Part shown: positions 8,127 through 18,927 of the stretch, in pieces
How the letters are laid out: the number at the start of each line of letters is the position of its first letter
Numbering within the stretch: the stretch's first letter is position 1
From: a bacterium
Lineage (GTDB): Bacteria; Zixibacteria; MSB-5A5; GN15; FEB-12
Length of the DNA: 64,000 bases
Direction: 5' to 3'
Assembly: GCA_043811375.1 (NCBI GenBank)
Contig: JBDRNJ010000084.1
Location: forward strand, 54,972 to 118,971
Program-made: the position numbers and the translations under genes
The notes under the pieces: model-generated
The model's input: the letters and a program-made list of their open reading frames with translations, nothing else
Databases searched by the model: none
Told to the model about the DNA's origin: nothing

Positions 8127-11100
8127 TTAGCTGCACCCACTGGTGGCGCCGCAGGTGTCGCACTTGAGACAGGTGCCGTTTCTAATCATGGTAAACTGGC
8201 CGCACTCGCCACACATGTCGCCTTCGTAACCCTTCAGTCGCGCGGTTTGGATTTGACGCCGAAGTCGGTTAGCTCCCTGTTGGCCGTCGGTTCCGGTCGG
8301 CGCGGTAACATACTCATACAGCGCCTCCGGCGTTTCAGGTTTCGCAGTTGCAGTGTTACTCTCCAGCGGTTGACCATCGCCGTTACCTCCTGGTTCCTTC
8401 CGATCACCATTGCCGTTGCCGTTCCCAACCTTGAGGTGGGGTGTCTGAATGTCCGTGGCCGTGCGACTTCCATTGGTGATCCCCTCAGGCGTCAGCGGTT
8501 GTGCCGGTTCTTCGGATTCATACTCCATCGACTCACCGGCCGGCTCGCCCAGGGTATCCCCGCGGAGGTCATCTTCGGAAACGTGGGCCAGGTCATCGCG
8601 ATCCAGATAAGTGATGGCCAGTTCCCGGAAGATGTAATCTATGATGGATGTAGCACGTTTGATCGATTTGTTGCCGCGCACCATTCCGTTGGGTTCAAAG
8701 CGGCTGAACAGGAAGGCTTCCACGAACTCCTCCAGCGGCACACCGTGCTGGAGTCCCAGTGATATGGCGATGGCAAAGCTGTTCATCAGAGAACGGAAAG
8801 CGGCACCTTCGCGGTGCATGTCCAGAAAGATTTCGCCCAGCGTACCGTCAGAGTAATCGCCGGTGCGCAGGTATAACTTGTGCCCGCCGACCACTGCTTT
8901 CTGCGTGTACCCGGCGCGACGATATGGCAGCTTGCGTCGCTTGGCGATATAGCGGTAGACCAGCTTCTCGGCCATTTTCTCCGAAGCACTCTCAATTGTG
9001 AGGCTCTCCCCGTCATCATCCTCATCCAAGAGAGAGGAACTCAGCGGCTGACTCAGCTTGGAGCCGTCGCGGTAAATCGCGATCGCCTTGTTCATCGTCT
9101 CCCAGGACAGACGGTAAGCTCGCTTGACGTCATCGATAGTGGCCTCAGCCGGCATATTGATCGTCTTGGAAATAGCACCCGAAACAAACGGCTGGGACGC
9201 CGCCATCATGCGGATATGCGCCTCGAATGGGATATATCGCCGACCCTTCTTACCGCAGCGATTGGCGCAGTCAAAGATCGGCAGGTGCTTTTCATCCAGG
9301 TGCGGCGCGCCTTCGAGAGTCATGGCGCCGCAACAGAACTCGTTGGCGGCTTCGATCTGCTCTTTGGTGAAGCCCAACTCACACAGGAGATTAAAATCCC
9401 ATATGTCGATAGCAACATCCGACAGCCCCAGTGTTTCCTTGAGAAACTCTTCTCCCAGGGTCTGCTTACTGAAAGCGAAAGTGATGTCGAAGACATTCTC
9501 CAGCGCCGCCTCAACCCGCTTCAGTTCTTCGTCGCCAAACCCCCGTGCTTTCAGGGACTCGTGATTGATATAGGGAGCCCGTTTGAGCGTCTTGTGCCCG
9601 GCGGCATACAATATGATGTCTTCAATCTCCGATGCCGAGTAGCCCAGCCGTTCCAGCGCCCGGGGTACGGAATTATTGATGATCTTGAAGTATCCGCCGC
9701 CGGCCAGCTTCTTGAATTTTACCAGCGAGAAATCCGGCTCGATACCGGTGGTATCACAGTCCATGACCAGGCCGATGGTTCCCGTGGGGGCAATCACCGA
9801 CACCTGAGCATTGCGGTAGCCATGGATTTCTCCCTGCTCCAGGGCACGATCCCACACTGATCGAACCGCCCGGACCAGGTCATCGGGTACATAGTTGGGA
9901 TTGAGACCGGTTGGCTTGATCGTTAACCCCTCATACTCGGACTTGTCGGCATTATTGGCGGCGCGTCGGTGGTTGCGGATTACCCGCAGCATGTGATCCC
10001 GGTTGTGATAGAAGGATGGGAAGGGGCCGTGCTCCCGCGCCATTTCCGCCGAGGTTACATAGGCCTGCCCCGTCAGAAGAGCTGTCAACGCCCCACACCA
10101 GGCGTGCGCTTCGGCGGAGTCATAGGCGATACCCTGCCGCATCAGCAACGTACCCAGATTGGCAAACCCCAGCCCCAGTGTGCGAAACTCGTAACTCTTC
10201 TGGGCTATCATCCGCGACGGATACGAGGCCATCAGCACCGATATTTCCAGAACTACCGTCCATAATCGTATGGCGTGAAGATACCCCTCGATGTCAAAAG
10301 TGCCGTCATCATGCAGGAACCCGCCCAGATTGATTGAGGCCAGATTGCAGGCGGTGTCATCCAGGAACATATACTCCGAACAGGGATTGGATGAATTGAT
10401 ACGGCCATCGGCAGGACAGGTATGCCATTCATTTATAGTGGAGTCAAACTGCACCCCCGGGTCGGCGCATGTCCAGGTGGCATAGCAGATTTTCTCCCAC
10501 AGGTCCGACGCCGGGATCGTGCGGGCCGTTCGGCCATCGGTGCGACGGATCAACTCCCACTGCTCACCCTTTTTCAGTTTTTCAAAAAAACCGTTGGGGA
10601 TGCGCACCGAATTGTTGGAGTTCTGGCCGGAAACCGTGATATAAGCATCACCCTCCCAGTTGGTGTCGAGGGTGATAAAGTCAACCTGCGTCAATCCCTG
10701 GTCGGCCAGGTCGAGAATCTTCTTCATGTAGGCCGGTGGCACCGCCATCCGACGGGCATCGCCCAGTGCTGTCTTCAAAGCAGCGTTTTTCGACGGATCA
10801 GTCTCGATGACAGTGTCACCATTGCTGCCGGATACGACGACTGCCTTGATGATCTCCTGGAGATGGTGCGCGATAACCCGTGAACCGGCTACCATCGCGG
10901 CCACCTTCTGCTCTTCGATGACTTTCCAATCGATAAAAGCCTCGATATCCGGGTGGTCGAGGTCCAGACAGACCATCTTGGCCGCCCGCCGGGTAGTACC
11001 GCCCGACTTGATGGCCCCCGCCGCCCGGTCACCAATGCGCAGAAACGACATCAGACCGGAAGAGTTGCCGCCACCCGACAGCGGTTCACCCGATCCCCGA

Positions 11101-11765
11101 ATGCCGGAGAAATTGGTTCCGGTTCCCGACCCGTATTTGAATAAACGGGCCTCTCGCTGCCAGAGATCCATAATGCCCCCATCATTCACCAGATCATCAA
11201 CCACCGACTGAATGAAACAGGCGTGAGGCTGGGGACGCTCATAAGCGTTTTTGGTCCGATTAAGCGTACGACTGCCCGGGTCTACATAATAATGCCCCTG
11301 AGCTGCCCCGGTAATATCGTAAGCCAGATGCAACCCGGTGTTAAACCACTGCGGTGAGTTGGGCGCCGCCACCTGCGCTGCCAGCATATGACACAACTCG
11401 TCATAAAAAGCCTGCGCATCTTCCTCGCCATCAAAATAACCGTACTTTTCTCCCCAATGGCGCCAGCAGGCAGCCATGCGGTGAAAAACCTGGCGAGTGT
11501 CTGACTCACTTCCCAGTGCTGCTTTACCCTCATCATCACTAACCGGCCGACCGTCATCATCTTTCTGCGGTACCCCGGTCTTGCGGAAGTATTTCTGCGC
11601 CAGTATATCCACCGCCACCTGCGACCACGACGCCGGAGCCTTGATGTTCTCCAGGCGGAACACAATCGAACCGTCCGGATTCCTGATTTCCGATGTTCTG
11701 GTTACGAACTCAACCGAGCTATAAGGTGATTCACCCTCAACAGTGAAATACCGTCCGATTTTCAA
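8127..11765 (-). CDS. nrdJ: Class II adenosylcobalamin-dependent ribonucleotide reductase
   Basis: [37 protein letters not shown]-like region and C-terminal CxxC..CxxC..SGCS; TTG start after GGAGG. Confidence 0.95.
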   Translation of the reverse strand: MKIGRYFTVEGESPYSSVEFVTRTSEIRNPDGSIVFRLENIKAPASWSQVAVDILAQKYFRKTGVPQKDDDGRPVSDDEGKAALGSESDTRQVFHRMAACWRHWGEKYGYFDGEEDAQAFYDELCHMLAAQVAAPNSPQWFNTGLHLAYDITGAAQGHYYVDPGSRTLNRTKNAYERPQPHACFIQSVVDDLVNDGGIMDLWQREARLFKYGSGTGTNFSGIRGSGEPLSGGGNSSGLMSFLRIGDRAAGAIKSGGTTRRAAKMVCLDLDHPDIEAFIDWKVIEEQKVAAMVAGSRVIAHHLQEIIKAVVVSGSNGDTVIETDPSKNAALKTALGDARRMAVPPAYMKKILDLADQGLTQVDFITLDTNWEGDAYITVSGQNSNNSVRIPNGFFEKLKKGEQWELIRRTDGRTARTIPASDLWEKICYATWTCADPGVQFDSTINEWHTCPADGRINSSNPCSEYMFLDDTACNLASINLGGFLHDDGTFDIEGYLHAIRLWTVVLEISVLMASYPSRMIAQKSYEFRTLGLGFANLGTLLMRQGIAYDSAEAHAWCGALTALLTGQAYVTSAEMAREHGPFPSFYHNRDHMLRVIRNHRRAANNADKSEYEGLTIKPTGLNPNYVPDDLVRAVRSVWDRALEQGEIHGYRNAQVSVIAPTGTIGLVMDCDTTGIEPDFSLVKFKKLAGGGYFKIINNSVPRALERLGYSASEIEDIILYAAGHKTLKRAPYINHESLKARGFGDEELKRVEAALENVFDITFAFSKQTLGEEFLKETLGLSDVAIDIWDFNLLCELGFTKEQIEAANEFCCGAMTLEGAPHLDEKHLPIFDCANRCGKKGRRYIPFEAHIRMMAASQPFVSGAISKTINMPAEATIDDVKRAYRLSWETMNKAIAIYRDGSKLSQPLSSSLLDEDDDGESLTIESASEKMAEKLVYRYIAKRRKLPYRRAGYTQKAVVGGHKLYLRTGDYSDGTLGEIFLDMHREGAAFRSLMNSFAIAISLGLQHGVPLEEFVEAFLFSRFEPNGMVRGNKSIKRATSIIDYIFRELAITYLDRDDLAHVSEDDLRGDTLGEPAGESMEYESEEPAQPLTPEGITNGSRTATDIQTPHLKVGNGNGNGDRKEPGGNGDGQPLESNTATAKPETPEALYEYVTAPTGTDGQQGANRLRRQIQTARLKGYEGDMCGECGQFTMIRNGTCLKCDTCGATSGCS

Positions 11766-12353
11766 ACCAACCTCCCGTGCCTATTCCACATCTGATCCAA
11801 CCCAAACAATCCCTGCATGAGCAAAAACTAATTTCCCCTGCCTGCTATCAGTACATCCTTGACTCATATCATCTCCTGCTTCCCGCGAAGATCGCACTCA
11901 ACCGCGCGACAATAATTCACGGCCGCCAACAGGGTCGACCGTGAGTGACGCCAATATACCGGGTGCTGCACAGGGGCACCTATAAAAAGATACCATTTTA
12001 TTTCGTGTCACGTAGGTCATTGAACGGCAGGGGAGTACATTCAACACATTTCTTCTACGGTACCGAAGACGATAATCGAAGGCGCGATTACAATAATTCG
12101 ACAGATGTAAGTTGCTGTAGTGATTTGAAATACGGACAGGCAGTTTCATATTAATATTCCCGTGTAATTACAATCACAACCCGACAGTTAGTAACCAGCG
12201 ACAATTCAATGAGATACGAAAAAATCAACAACATCTCAACGACTTTTCAACAATGAGTGTGGAAATGTGGGGGTGGTATCTGGTCTGATGTCAGGGTGCT
12301 TATCCTGACCTGATAAAAATAATCTTTTTTTGTCGGCAGGTGGGTTTTTTTGC

Positions 12354-12382
12354 TTGACAAATTGTGTTTTCGGAGCTAAACT
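12354..12382 (+). promoter_or_regulatory. Sigma70 promoter with no downstream ORF
   Basis: TTGACA-N17-TAAACT. Confidence 0.7.
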
Positions 12383-12388
12383 ACATGT

Positions 12389-12471
12389 GCAATCGGAAAG
12401 TGTTACTCTTTCTGTGGATTACCTAATATCGTCCACCCAGGCAGGTGCCTAACCTGCTTGGGTTTTTTTTT
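12389..12471 (+). ncRNA. Candidate ~85-nt small RNA
   Basis: Lies between the promoter and a strong terminator (CCCAGGCAGGT/ACCTGCTTGGG + T9); two internal hairpins, CGGAAAG/CTTTCTG and GTGGA/TCCAC. Confidence 0.55.
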
Positions 12472-12520
12472 ATCCTTTAGCGCAGTTTATTGACAGGTCG
12501 CATCTGTTTGTTGTTGCCGG

Positions 12521-13477
12521 TTATTGTGCCGGCAGCAGGTCGGGGTCGCTTTCCCTGATCATGTCCAGGTAGCCGACACCGCGTGGTCCGAGGTAAGCCT
12601 CGGGCATTGTGAAAAGCTGGTCCTTTAGAGCCTTGTCTATAGATATGAAGTTGTAGCCCATATCTCCCAGGGCGGTCAGTAAGGCATCCAGGAAAAGAGC
12701 GTTGAGACGATTGGCCCTGAGTTGTAGAATATGTCGACAGGGGCGCTTCAGGATCTCTTTGGCCACTGCCTCGCAGCGTTCCACCTCGGACAGAACGTGC
12801 GATATGTACTCGTAGCGCAGAGCTTCGTAGTCAGCCGAATCATTGCCCTGGCTGATCTTCTCCAGGGTCAGGTTGTACAGGTAATCATCGATAACGATAG
12901 TGACGTGCGCCACGGCTATGTCCTGCGCCTCAAGGTAGAGTCGTATCTGTCTTTTGGCTTGCACGGTGGCGCCGTAATGCAGGAAGGGGTAGCGGAAATA
13001 GCGTCCTTTCTGTCCGAAGCCGGCCAGCATCGGTTCCAGTTTCTCGTTGCCGGTACTAATGTCCCGGATAAACTGCTCGATGCTCATTTCGTGCAGGTCC
13101 TGATGGGAGTAAGTGAGATTACCCAGTTGGTGTCCGGCGTTGAGCCACTGACCCAGCAGATCGTAACTGTTGTCGATTTTCTCGCCGACGACAAAACCGG
13201 TAACAATTACATTGTGTCGGTCGAGAACCTCAAGCAGTTGTTTAGTCACCGCCACCCGATCGACCGTGTCAAAAGCCTGTGAGACGGGCAATTCGTTGAA
13301 GGTTACACAAATCTCCCGACGGGTCGATTTGTCACCCGCCTGAGAATCACCGGAAGACCAGGCCAGCGACATAACCAGGGCGCACACCATCAGAAACTTA
13401 CGTTGCCGTATCCGTACGGGGTTCTTCAGCACTACGTCAATCCTCCGGTCGCAGGAAATATCCGGGGCGGCCGCCAT
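12521..13477 (-). CDS. Secreted polysaccharide deacetylase (CE4/NodB)-fold protein with degenerate active site; true start probably downstream of the ORF-track start
   Basis: VTFNELP, GFVVG, LGNLTYSH and YFRYPFL motifs; signal peptide FLMVCALVMSLAWS. Confidence 0.85.
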   Translation of the reverse strand: MAAAPDISCDRRIDVVLKNPVRIRQRKFLMVCALVMSLAWSSGDSQAGDKSTRREICVTFNELPVSQAFDTVDRVAVTKQLLEVLDRHNVIVTGFVVGEKIDNSYDLLGQWLNAGHQLGNLTYSHQDLHEMSIEQFIRDISTGNEKLEPMLAGFGQKGRYFRYPFLHYGATVQAKRQIRLYLEAQDIAVAHVTIVIDDYLYNLTLEKISQGNDSADYEALRYEYISHVLSEVERCEAVAKEILKRPCRHILQLRANRLNALFLDALLTALGDMGYNFISIDKALKDQLFTMPEAYLGPRGVGYLDMIRESDPDLLPAQ

Positions 13478-13667
13478 TTAAGTCACTGCTGTCCGGCAGC
13501 GGCTGCGGCCGGCTTGTTACTGTTGGTATTGACCGGAGCCGAAAGCCGCAAGTCAAGCCTAAAAACCCACCGTCGTCCTTATTCACAGGACTTTTCCCGA
13601 CCGGTTTGATTGGTTATCATTACTTTACACGACACCGGCCCGCAGATGAGAGTGACATAGAATACAG

Positions 13668-14558
13668 ATGTTCGTAAGAGAAAGCACAGCCAGTAGCGTT
13701 ACAGTTGATACACCGGCCAAGGTCAACCTGTTTCTCCAGATTTTGCAGCGTCGGCCTGACGGCTATCACGACATCAACTCGTTGTTTCAGGCTGTTACCT
13801 TGTTTGACACTCTGAACTTTTCGGTTACCGCAAGCGATGGGGTGACCATCCGTCTTCAGCCCGGGATCGAACTGCCGGTAGATGCAAGCAATCTCATCAC
13901 GAAGGCTTACCATCTTATCCGGGAGCGTTTCAGGCTCAGCCGTGGTTTGCAGGTGGTGCTGCGCAAGATGATCCCGGTTTCGGCCGGATTGGGCGGTGGT
14001 TCCGCCGACGCAGCGGCTGTTATTCTGGCATGCAATCAGTTGTTTGATCTGGGCTTGAGCTGCCGGGAGATGGCCCGGCTGGGATTGAACATAGGCTCGG
14101 ATATTCCTTTCTTCTTCGCCGGGGGGCAGGCGCTGGTCTCGGGCCGCGGTGAAGTGATCCGGGAAAGCACCTATCCTACTGACTACCAGATGCTTTTGGT
14201 GACTCCGGCGCTGGCGATTGCCACTACCGACAGTTATTCGGCCCTGAAAAGGGACTTGACAACATCGAAGCTCCCCTTTAGCTTAGCTTGTTGCCGGACG
14301 GTTGACGATCTTGTAGCGTCATTGCGTCTGGCTGGTAATGATTTTGAAGAAGTTCAATTTCGGTCCTACCCGGTGTTGGGTGAGATCAGAGATGAACTTT
14401 TGAGGTGTGGAGCGTTATTAACCCGGATGAGCGGGTCCGGTCCGACGATGTTTGGTATTTTCGGATCGGAGACGCGAATTGTAGAAGACAAGATACTCAG
14501 CCGGGGGGACTGGCGGGTTCATCCAGTTAAGCCGGTATCCCTCTCAGGCCGGACGTGA
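13668..14558 (+). CDS. ispE: 4-diphosphocytidyl-2C-methyl-D-erythritol kinase
   Basis: PAKVNLFL, RPDGYH, IPVSAGLGGGSADAA, GSDIPFF and MSGSGPT motifs. Confidence 0.96.
   Translation: MFVRESTASSVTVDTPAKVNLFLQILQRRPDGYHDINSLFQAVTLFDTLNFSVTASDGVTIRLQPGIELPVDASNLITKAYHLIRERFRLSRGLQVVLRKMIPVSAGLGGGSADAAAVILACNQLFDLGLSCREMARLGLNIGSDIPFFFAGGQALVSGRGEVIRESTYPTDYQMLLVTPALAIATTDSYSALKRDLTTSKLPFSLACCRTVDDLVASLRLAGNDFEEVQFRSYPVLGEIRDELLRCGALLTRMSGSGPTMFGIFGSETRIVEDKILSRGDWRVHPVKPVSLSGRT
14256..14284 (+). promoter_or_regulatory. Internal promoter within ispE, likely driving spoVG-tRNA-prs-rplY
   Basis: TTGACA-N17-TAGCTT. Confidence 0.5.
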
Positions 14559-14577
14559 CTTTGTGGAGGGAGGCACC

Positions 14578-14850
14578 GTGGAGATCACCGAAGTCCGGGT
14601 AACATTACGGGACGAGGCGAGACTGAAGGGTTTTGCGAACGTGACATTTGACAACGTCTTTGTTGTTCGTGGCATGAAGATCATCAAGGGCAACATCGGT
14701 CTTTTTGTCGCCATGCCGAGTCGCAAGCGTTCCAACGGTTCTTACCAGGACGTTGCCCATCCCGTCACCAAAGAGATGAGAGAGAAACTTGAAGAGAAAG
14801 TTCTTGAAGCCTATGACGTGGAACTCGAAGCCTGCAACAGCACGGCGTAG
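14578..14850 (+). CDS. spoVG: SpoVG family nucleic-acid-binding protein
   Basis: MEITEVRV, LKGFANVTFD, GLFVAMPSRK and YQDVAHP motifs; GTG start after GGAGG. Confidence 0.93.
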   Translation: MEITEVRVTLRDEARLKGFANVTFDNVFVVRGMKIIKGNIGLFVAMPSRKRSNGSYQDVAHPVTKEMREKLEEKVLEAYDVELEACNSTA

Positions 14851-14863
14851 TGCCGGGACTTTC

Positions 14864-14938
14864 TGGGGCGTCGTCAAGTGGTAAGACACCAGCCTTTGGA
14901 GCTGGCATTCCCAGGTTCGAATCCTGGCGCCCCAGCCA
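14864..14938 (+). tRNA. tRNA-Gln(TTG)
   Basis: Anticodon arm CCAGC-CTTTGGA-GCTGG; GTTCGAATC T-loop; CCA end. Confidence 0.95.
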
Positions 14939-15024
14939 ATGATCAGGGTTTGCTGCCACCCATACCGGAGTGAGAATAACATGAGCCTGCTATGGCAGAG
15001 AAACGACAGTGAGGATAACGGCCG

Positions 15025-15984
15025 ATGATCGTACGTGAAGAACTCCGACTGGTAACGGGCAATTCCAACCGTCCACTGGCGGAAATGATCGCCGCCTATT
15101 TGAACGAGAAACTGACCGACTGTGAAGTTACCCGCTTCTCCGACGGCGAGGTATTTGTCCAGATCAATGAGAACATCCGGGGAGCCGACGTTTTTATCAT
15201 CCAGCCCACCAACGCCCCGGCTGAGAGCCTCATGGAGTTACTGATGTTGGTCGAGGCTGCCCGGAGAGCTTCGGCCATGCGTATCACGGCCGTCATCCCC
15301 TATTACGGATATGCCCGACAGGATCGCAAGGACCGCCCCCGAGTAGCGATTACCGCCAAGCTGGTGGCCAATCTGATCACCACCGTAGGGGCCGATCGCG
15401 TCATCACTATGGACTTGCACGCCAGCCAGATTCAGGGCTTTTTTGATCTGCCGCACGACCACTTGTATTCGTCCACGCTGTTTAACAACTATTTCGAGAA
15501 AATGAATCTTGAGAACCTCTGCATTGTCTCACCCGATGTCGGCTCGATTAAGCTGGCTCGTATTACGGCCAAAGTTCTGGAGGCGGAACTGGCTATTGTC
15601 GACAAGCGCCGTCCCCGAACCAATAAGTCGGAAGTAATGAACCTGATCGGTGATGTCAGCGGTATGAATGTCCTGATACGCGATGATATGGTCGACACCG
15701 CCGGTACACTCTGCTCGGCGGCCGCTTTTGTCAAGGAGAGAGGTGCTCTGGATATCTACGCCGCCTGCACCCACGGTGTTCTCTCGGGTGAGTCTATTGA
15801 AAAAATCGACCAAGCCCCGATCAAGAAAATGATTATCACGGACTCTATCGATTTAGGTCGGCGACGGCTGTCGCAAAAGTTTGAGATTCTGACCTGCTCC
15901 GGACTTATCGGAGAGGCCATTAAGCGGATTTTTGATGAAGAGTCAGTATCTTCCCTGTTTGAGGACCAGCCTCTGGAGATCTGA
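15025..15984 (+). CDS. prs: Ribose-phosphate pyrophosphokinase
   Basis: RFSDGE, PYYGYARQDRK, MDLHASQIQGFF and DDMVDTAGTL motifs. Confidence 0.97.
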   Translation: MIVREELRLVTGNSNRPLAEMIAAYLNEKLTDCEVTRFSDGEVFVQINENIRGADVFIIQPTNAPAESLMELLMLVEAARRASAMRITAVIPYYGYARQDRKDRPRVAITAKLVANLITTVGADRVITMDLHASQIQGFFDLPHDHLYSSTLFNNYFEKMNLENLCIVSPDVGSIKLARITAKVLEAELAIVDKRRPRTNKSEVMNLIGDVSGMNVLIRDDMVDTAGTLCSAAAFVKERGALDIYAACTHGVLSGESIEKIDQAPIKKMIITDSIDLGRRRLSQKFEILTCSGLIGEAIKRIFDEESVSSLFEDQPLEI

Positions 15985-16030
15985 CGTTGCTTTGGAACCA
16001 TTTCTGTCTTGTGGAGAAAGAAGATCAGCT

Positions 16031-16753
16031 ATGAAAGAGATATCTCTGGCAGCCACCGCCAGGTCGTCGGTCGGTAAAGGCCCGGCTCGTCGGTATCGCA
16101 TGGACGGCAGTATCCCGGCCGTGGTCTACGGCCCGGAGGTCCCGCCGGTTTCCCTGGCCGTGGACGAGAGAGCTTTTCGTGCCGCCATGAAAAACGTTAG
16201 TGGCAGCACTCTCATTAACCTGGATATGAACGGCAAGACCAGTAAGGTTATTGTCCGCGAAATCCAGCGGGATCCGGTTACCAGCCGCATCATCCATCTT
16301 GATTTCTACGCAGTTTCCATGACCAAGTCGATCAGCATTTCTATCCCGGTGCGTTTTATCGGCACTCCCCGCGGTGTCAAGACTGACGGCGGTATCATGC
16401 AGACGACTATGCGTGATCTGGAAATTTCCTGTCTGCCGTCGAAGATCCCGGAATTTGTCGAGGTCGATGTTTCCGACCTGGGTATCGGCGACTCCGTTCA
16501 CGTGAGTGACCTGTCTATCCCGGAAGTGCAGATCCTTTCCGAGCTACGGCGCACGGTAGTGGTCATCAGTGCCCCGACCGTCATTAAAGCCGATGCGGTC
16601 GAGGAGGAAGAAATTGCGGCCGAGGAGGAAGGCGAGGTTGCCGAGGCTGCTGCCGGCGAGGAAAAGGCCGAAGGCGAAGAACAGAAAGACCAGAAGGCCG
16701 AAGGAAAAACCAGGGACAAGAAGGCCGAGGGGAAAACCAGGGACAAGAAGTAG
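16031..16753 (+). CDS. rplY: 50S ribosomal protein L25/Ctc (long form)
   Basis: GKGPARR..IPAVVYG, QRDPV..HLDF and GVKTDGG motifs; acidic tail containing a KAEGKTRDK duplication. Confidence 0.95.
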   Translation: MKEISLAATARSSVGKGPARRYRMDGSIPAVVYGPEVPPVSLAVDERAFRAAMKNVSGSTLINLDMNGKTSKVIVREIQRDPVTSRIIHLDFYAVSMTKSISISIPVRFIGTPRGVKTDGGIMQTTMRDLEISCLPSKIPEFVEVDVSDLGIGDSVHVSDLSIPEVQILSELRRTVVVISAPTVIKADAVEEEEIAAEEEGEVAEAAAGEEKAEGEEQKDQKAEGKTRDKKAEGKTRDKK

Positions 16754-16777
16754 CTGCCCCGTTAAACATTATTGTTC

Positions 16778-16806
16778 AAGGCCGTCGAATACTCGGCGGC
16801 CTTTTT
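16778..16806 (+). terminator. Intrinsic terminator after rplY
   Basis: AAGGCCGTCGA-ATAC-TCGGCGGCCTT followed by a T run. Confidence 0.75.
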
Positions 16807-16832
16807 CATGGTCACCGAGGATTTTGACGGTT

Positions 16833-17393
16833 TCAACGAGGGGCTGGTTGTCGCCACTTTCTGCTGACGCGGGCGAATCCCAGGCTGACGGCGCCGCCGA
16901 CCAGGCCGCCGAGTGTCACTCCGGCAAGAACGTCAAAGGGATAATGGACACCGACAAAGATGCGACTGACAGCCACCAGCACCGCCAGCAGCAGCAGAGA
17001 CCGGCGCACTGCCGGCAGGTGATGATAGAACAGTGCCGCCTGGCCGAACAGATTGGCGGCGTGTGATGATGGCATCGAATACCCGGCGCCACAATCGACC
17101 AGCAGATGCACCGACGTCAGCAGATGGCAGGGACGAAGGCGAGCGATCAGACCTTTCAACAGGTTGCTCGAGAGTTGGTCGGTCAGTAACAATGTTACGG
17201 CCGACGCCAGCGCCAGCCAGCGTAGACGTCGATCTCCAAACCACAGCAGACACGCCAGACCGGCGCCGTACATGACCCGCAAAAGCTGATCCGATGTAAG
17301 TACGGGCATAATGATGTCAGTGACCGGATTGGACAGACTGACGTTGATCCAAAGAAACAACACCTTATCAAGGCCGTTCAGGAATTCAAGCAT
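16833..17393 (-). CDS. PAP2 family phosphatase (membrane)
   Basis: K......RP, SMPSSHA and SRIFVGVHYPFDV motifs. Confidence 0.92.
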   Translation of the reverse strand: MLEFLNGLDKVLFLWINVSLSNPVTDIIMPVLTSDQLLRVMYGAGLACLLWFGDRRLRWLALASAVTLLLTDQLSSNLLKGLIARLRPCHLLTSVHLLVDCGAGYSMPSSHAANLFGQAALFYHHLPAVRRSLLLLAVLVAVSRIFVGVHYPFDVLAGVTLGGLVGGAVSLGFARVSRKWRQPAPR

Positions 17394-18303
17394 AAGCGGC
17401 CGGATTGTTTTTGAGGAAACGCATCAGTTGGTGGCGAGTCGGCATTCCGGCCCGGCCGCCGGGGCGAGTGCACTTCAGAGCCGCCACTGCCGCTCCCAGG
17501 CGCAGCCGCCGGGACATCGGTTGGCCCTGCAACAGCCCGTACAGATACCCGACATGGAAAGCATCGCCGGCACCGGTGGTGTCAACGGTTTCGACCTTAA
17601 AGGCCTGCTGCCGGAAGAACCGGTCGGCTTCCATTCCCGTAATGCCGCGGAGACCTTGCGTGACCACGATACAACCGCTGCATAGACGAGTCAGTTTCCG
17701 GATTGCCTGCCGAACTGTTCGGGCGCCGGTGAAAGGGAGGGCATAATCATCGGCTACGACCAGATGATCAACCAGCGGAAAAATGGGTGAGACGTCGTTG
17801 CGGATGGAACCGATATCAAACGAGATCAACGCTCCCACCCGCCGACCCCAACGAGCCAGTTTGAGAGCCGCCGCCATGTCTCGACCGTCAAGATGGATCA
17901 GGCGCGGCTGGGGATAGCGCGAAGTCCGAAGGTCTGTCGGTCGCAGTCCGATCCGACGGTGGAAGGCGATTGTTCGGCGACCACTGCCGCGTTCTATGAA
18001 TCCGGCTGCGGTGGCCGAGGGTGCCTTCTTGACGATCAGGAAACTGGTATCCACGTTTTCACGGCGCAATTGATCGATATTGATGTTTCCCGCCCAGTCC
18101 TTACCCACAACCGCCACCAGTGCCGTGCGCAAACCGAGTCGCTTCAGCCCCACCATAGCATTGGGCACCGGACCGCCTCCCTGCACGCAGAGGTCGACAG
18201 CGTTGACCTTCCCCCCCGGTCGCGGTAGTCGGTCGACTGTGTAAAGCAGGTCCAGAGGGATAATGCCCATTCCCAGGCAGTCCACCGTTGTTTTACCGGT
18301 CAT
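17386..18303 (-). CDS. PfkB family carbohydrate kinase
   Basis: QGGGPVPNA and VDTTGAGDAFH motifs. Confidence 0.93.
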   Translation of the reverse strand: MTGKTTVDCLGMGIIPLDLLYTVDRLPRPGGKVNAVDLCVQGGGPVPNAMVGLKRLGLRTALVAVVGKDWAGNINIDQLRRENVDTSFLIVKKAPSATAAGFIERGSGRRTIAFHRRIGLRPTDLRTSRYPQPRLIHLDGRDMAAALKLARWGRRVGALISFDIGSIRNDVSPIFPLVDHLVVADDYALPFTGARTVRQAIRKLTRLCSGCIVVTQGLRGITGMEADRFFRQQAFKVETVDTTGAGDAFHVGYLYGLLQGQPMSRRLRLGAAVAALKCTRPGGRAGMPTRHQLMRFLKNNPAAYA

Positions 18304-18919
18304 CTTCGATCCGATCTCTTTTAATGACGGCTTTTCCTCCGCTCAGTTCGGTGATGTCGGCCACCAGGCTGTCGACTCTACTGCGACGAACCCGCAGGCT
18401 GAGTGCAACCTGATCAGAGTACTCGGCGCCGGTCTGATCGGCGCTGTACTTCTGCACCAGTTTCATCAATCGGTCGTACAGGGGAAACGGAATTTGCACT
18501 TGGAGTGCCTCGGTCAGGAAGTTCTTCACCCGGTCGGATTTTTCCACTGCCAGCCCGGCCGCTTCGGCATAGGCCCGGGCCAGCCCGCCCGTACCGAGCC
18601 TGGTGCCGCCGAAATACCGGGTGACCACGATCAGGATGTTGGTCAGGTCACGCCCCAAAAGGACATCATATATCGGCCGCCCGGCGGTTCCCGATGGTTC
18701 TCCATCGTCGGAGTACTTGAAAGCCCTCTCACCCGTCGCCCCGATCCGGTATGCATAACAGTGGTGTGTCGCGGCGTGCTCACGTCGGCGAATCTGCCCG
18801 AGCATACTGTCAACTTCCTCAATAGACGCTACCGGCCGACATTCAGCCAGGAACCGCGATCCTTTGATTTTAATCTCGCCCCGGGCGGGAGTCTTGATAG
18901 TGTAGTAGAAATCATCCAT
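18293..18919 (-). CDS. yigZ: YigZ/IMPACT family protein
   Basis: IKGSRF, ATHHCYAY, SDDGEPSGTAGRP and VTRYFGGTRLG motifs; ATG at 18919. Confidence 0.92.
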   Translation of the reverse strand: MDDFYYTIKTPARGEIKIKGSRFLAECRPVASIEEVDSMLGQIRRREHAATHHCYAYRIGATGERAFKYSDDGEPSGTAGRPIYDVLLGRDLTNILIVVTRYFGGTRLGTGGLARAYAEAAGLAVEKSDRVKNFLTEALQVQIPFPLYDRLMKLVQKYSADQTGAEYSDQVALSLRVRRSRVDSLVADITELSGGKAVIKRDRIEDDR

Positions 18920-18927
18920 GCCCGGCG

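Noticed and set aside
8234..11724. Long antisense and alternative-frame ORFs over nrdJ, such as 8880-9860
   Set aside because: Shadow ORFs expected in GC-rich coding DNA, with no motifs. The same applies to shadows such as 18263-18961, 44344-45045 and 58170-59129.
11766..12300. NrdR boxes or a cobalamin riboswitch upstream of nrdJ
   Set aside because: Only one weak NrdR-like match (CGCCAATATACCGGGT near 11949) with no clear partner, and no recognisable B12-box.
16692..16750. 27-bp tandem duplication at the end of rplY
   Set aside because: Low-complexity tail expansion (KAEGKTRDK twice), ordinary for Ctc tails.
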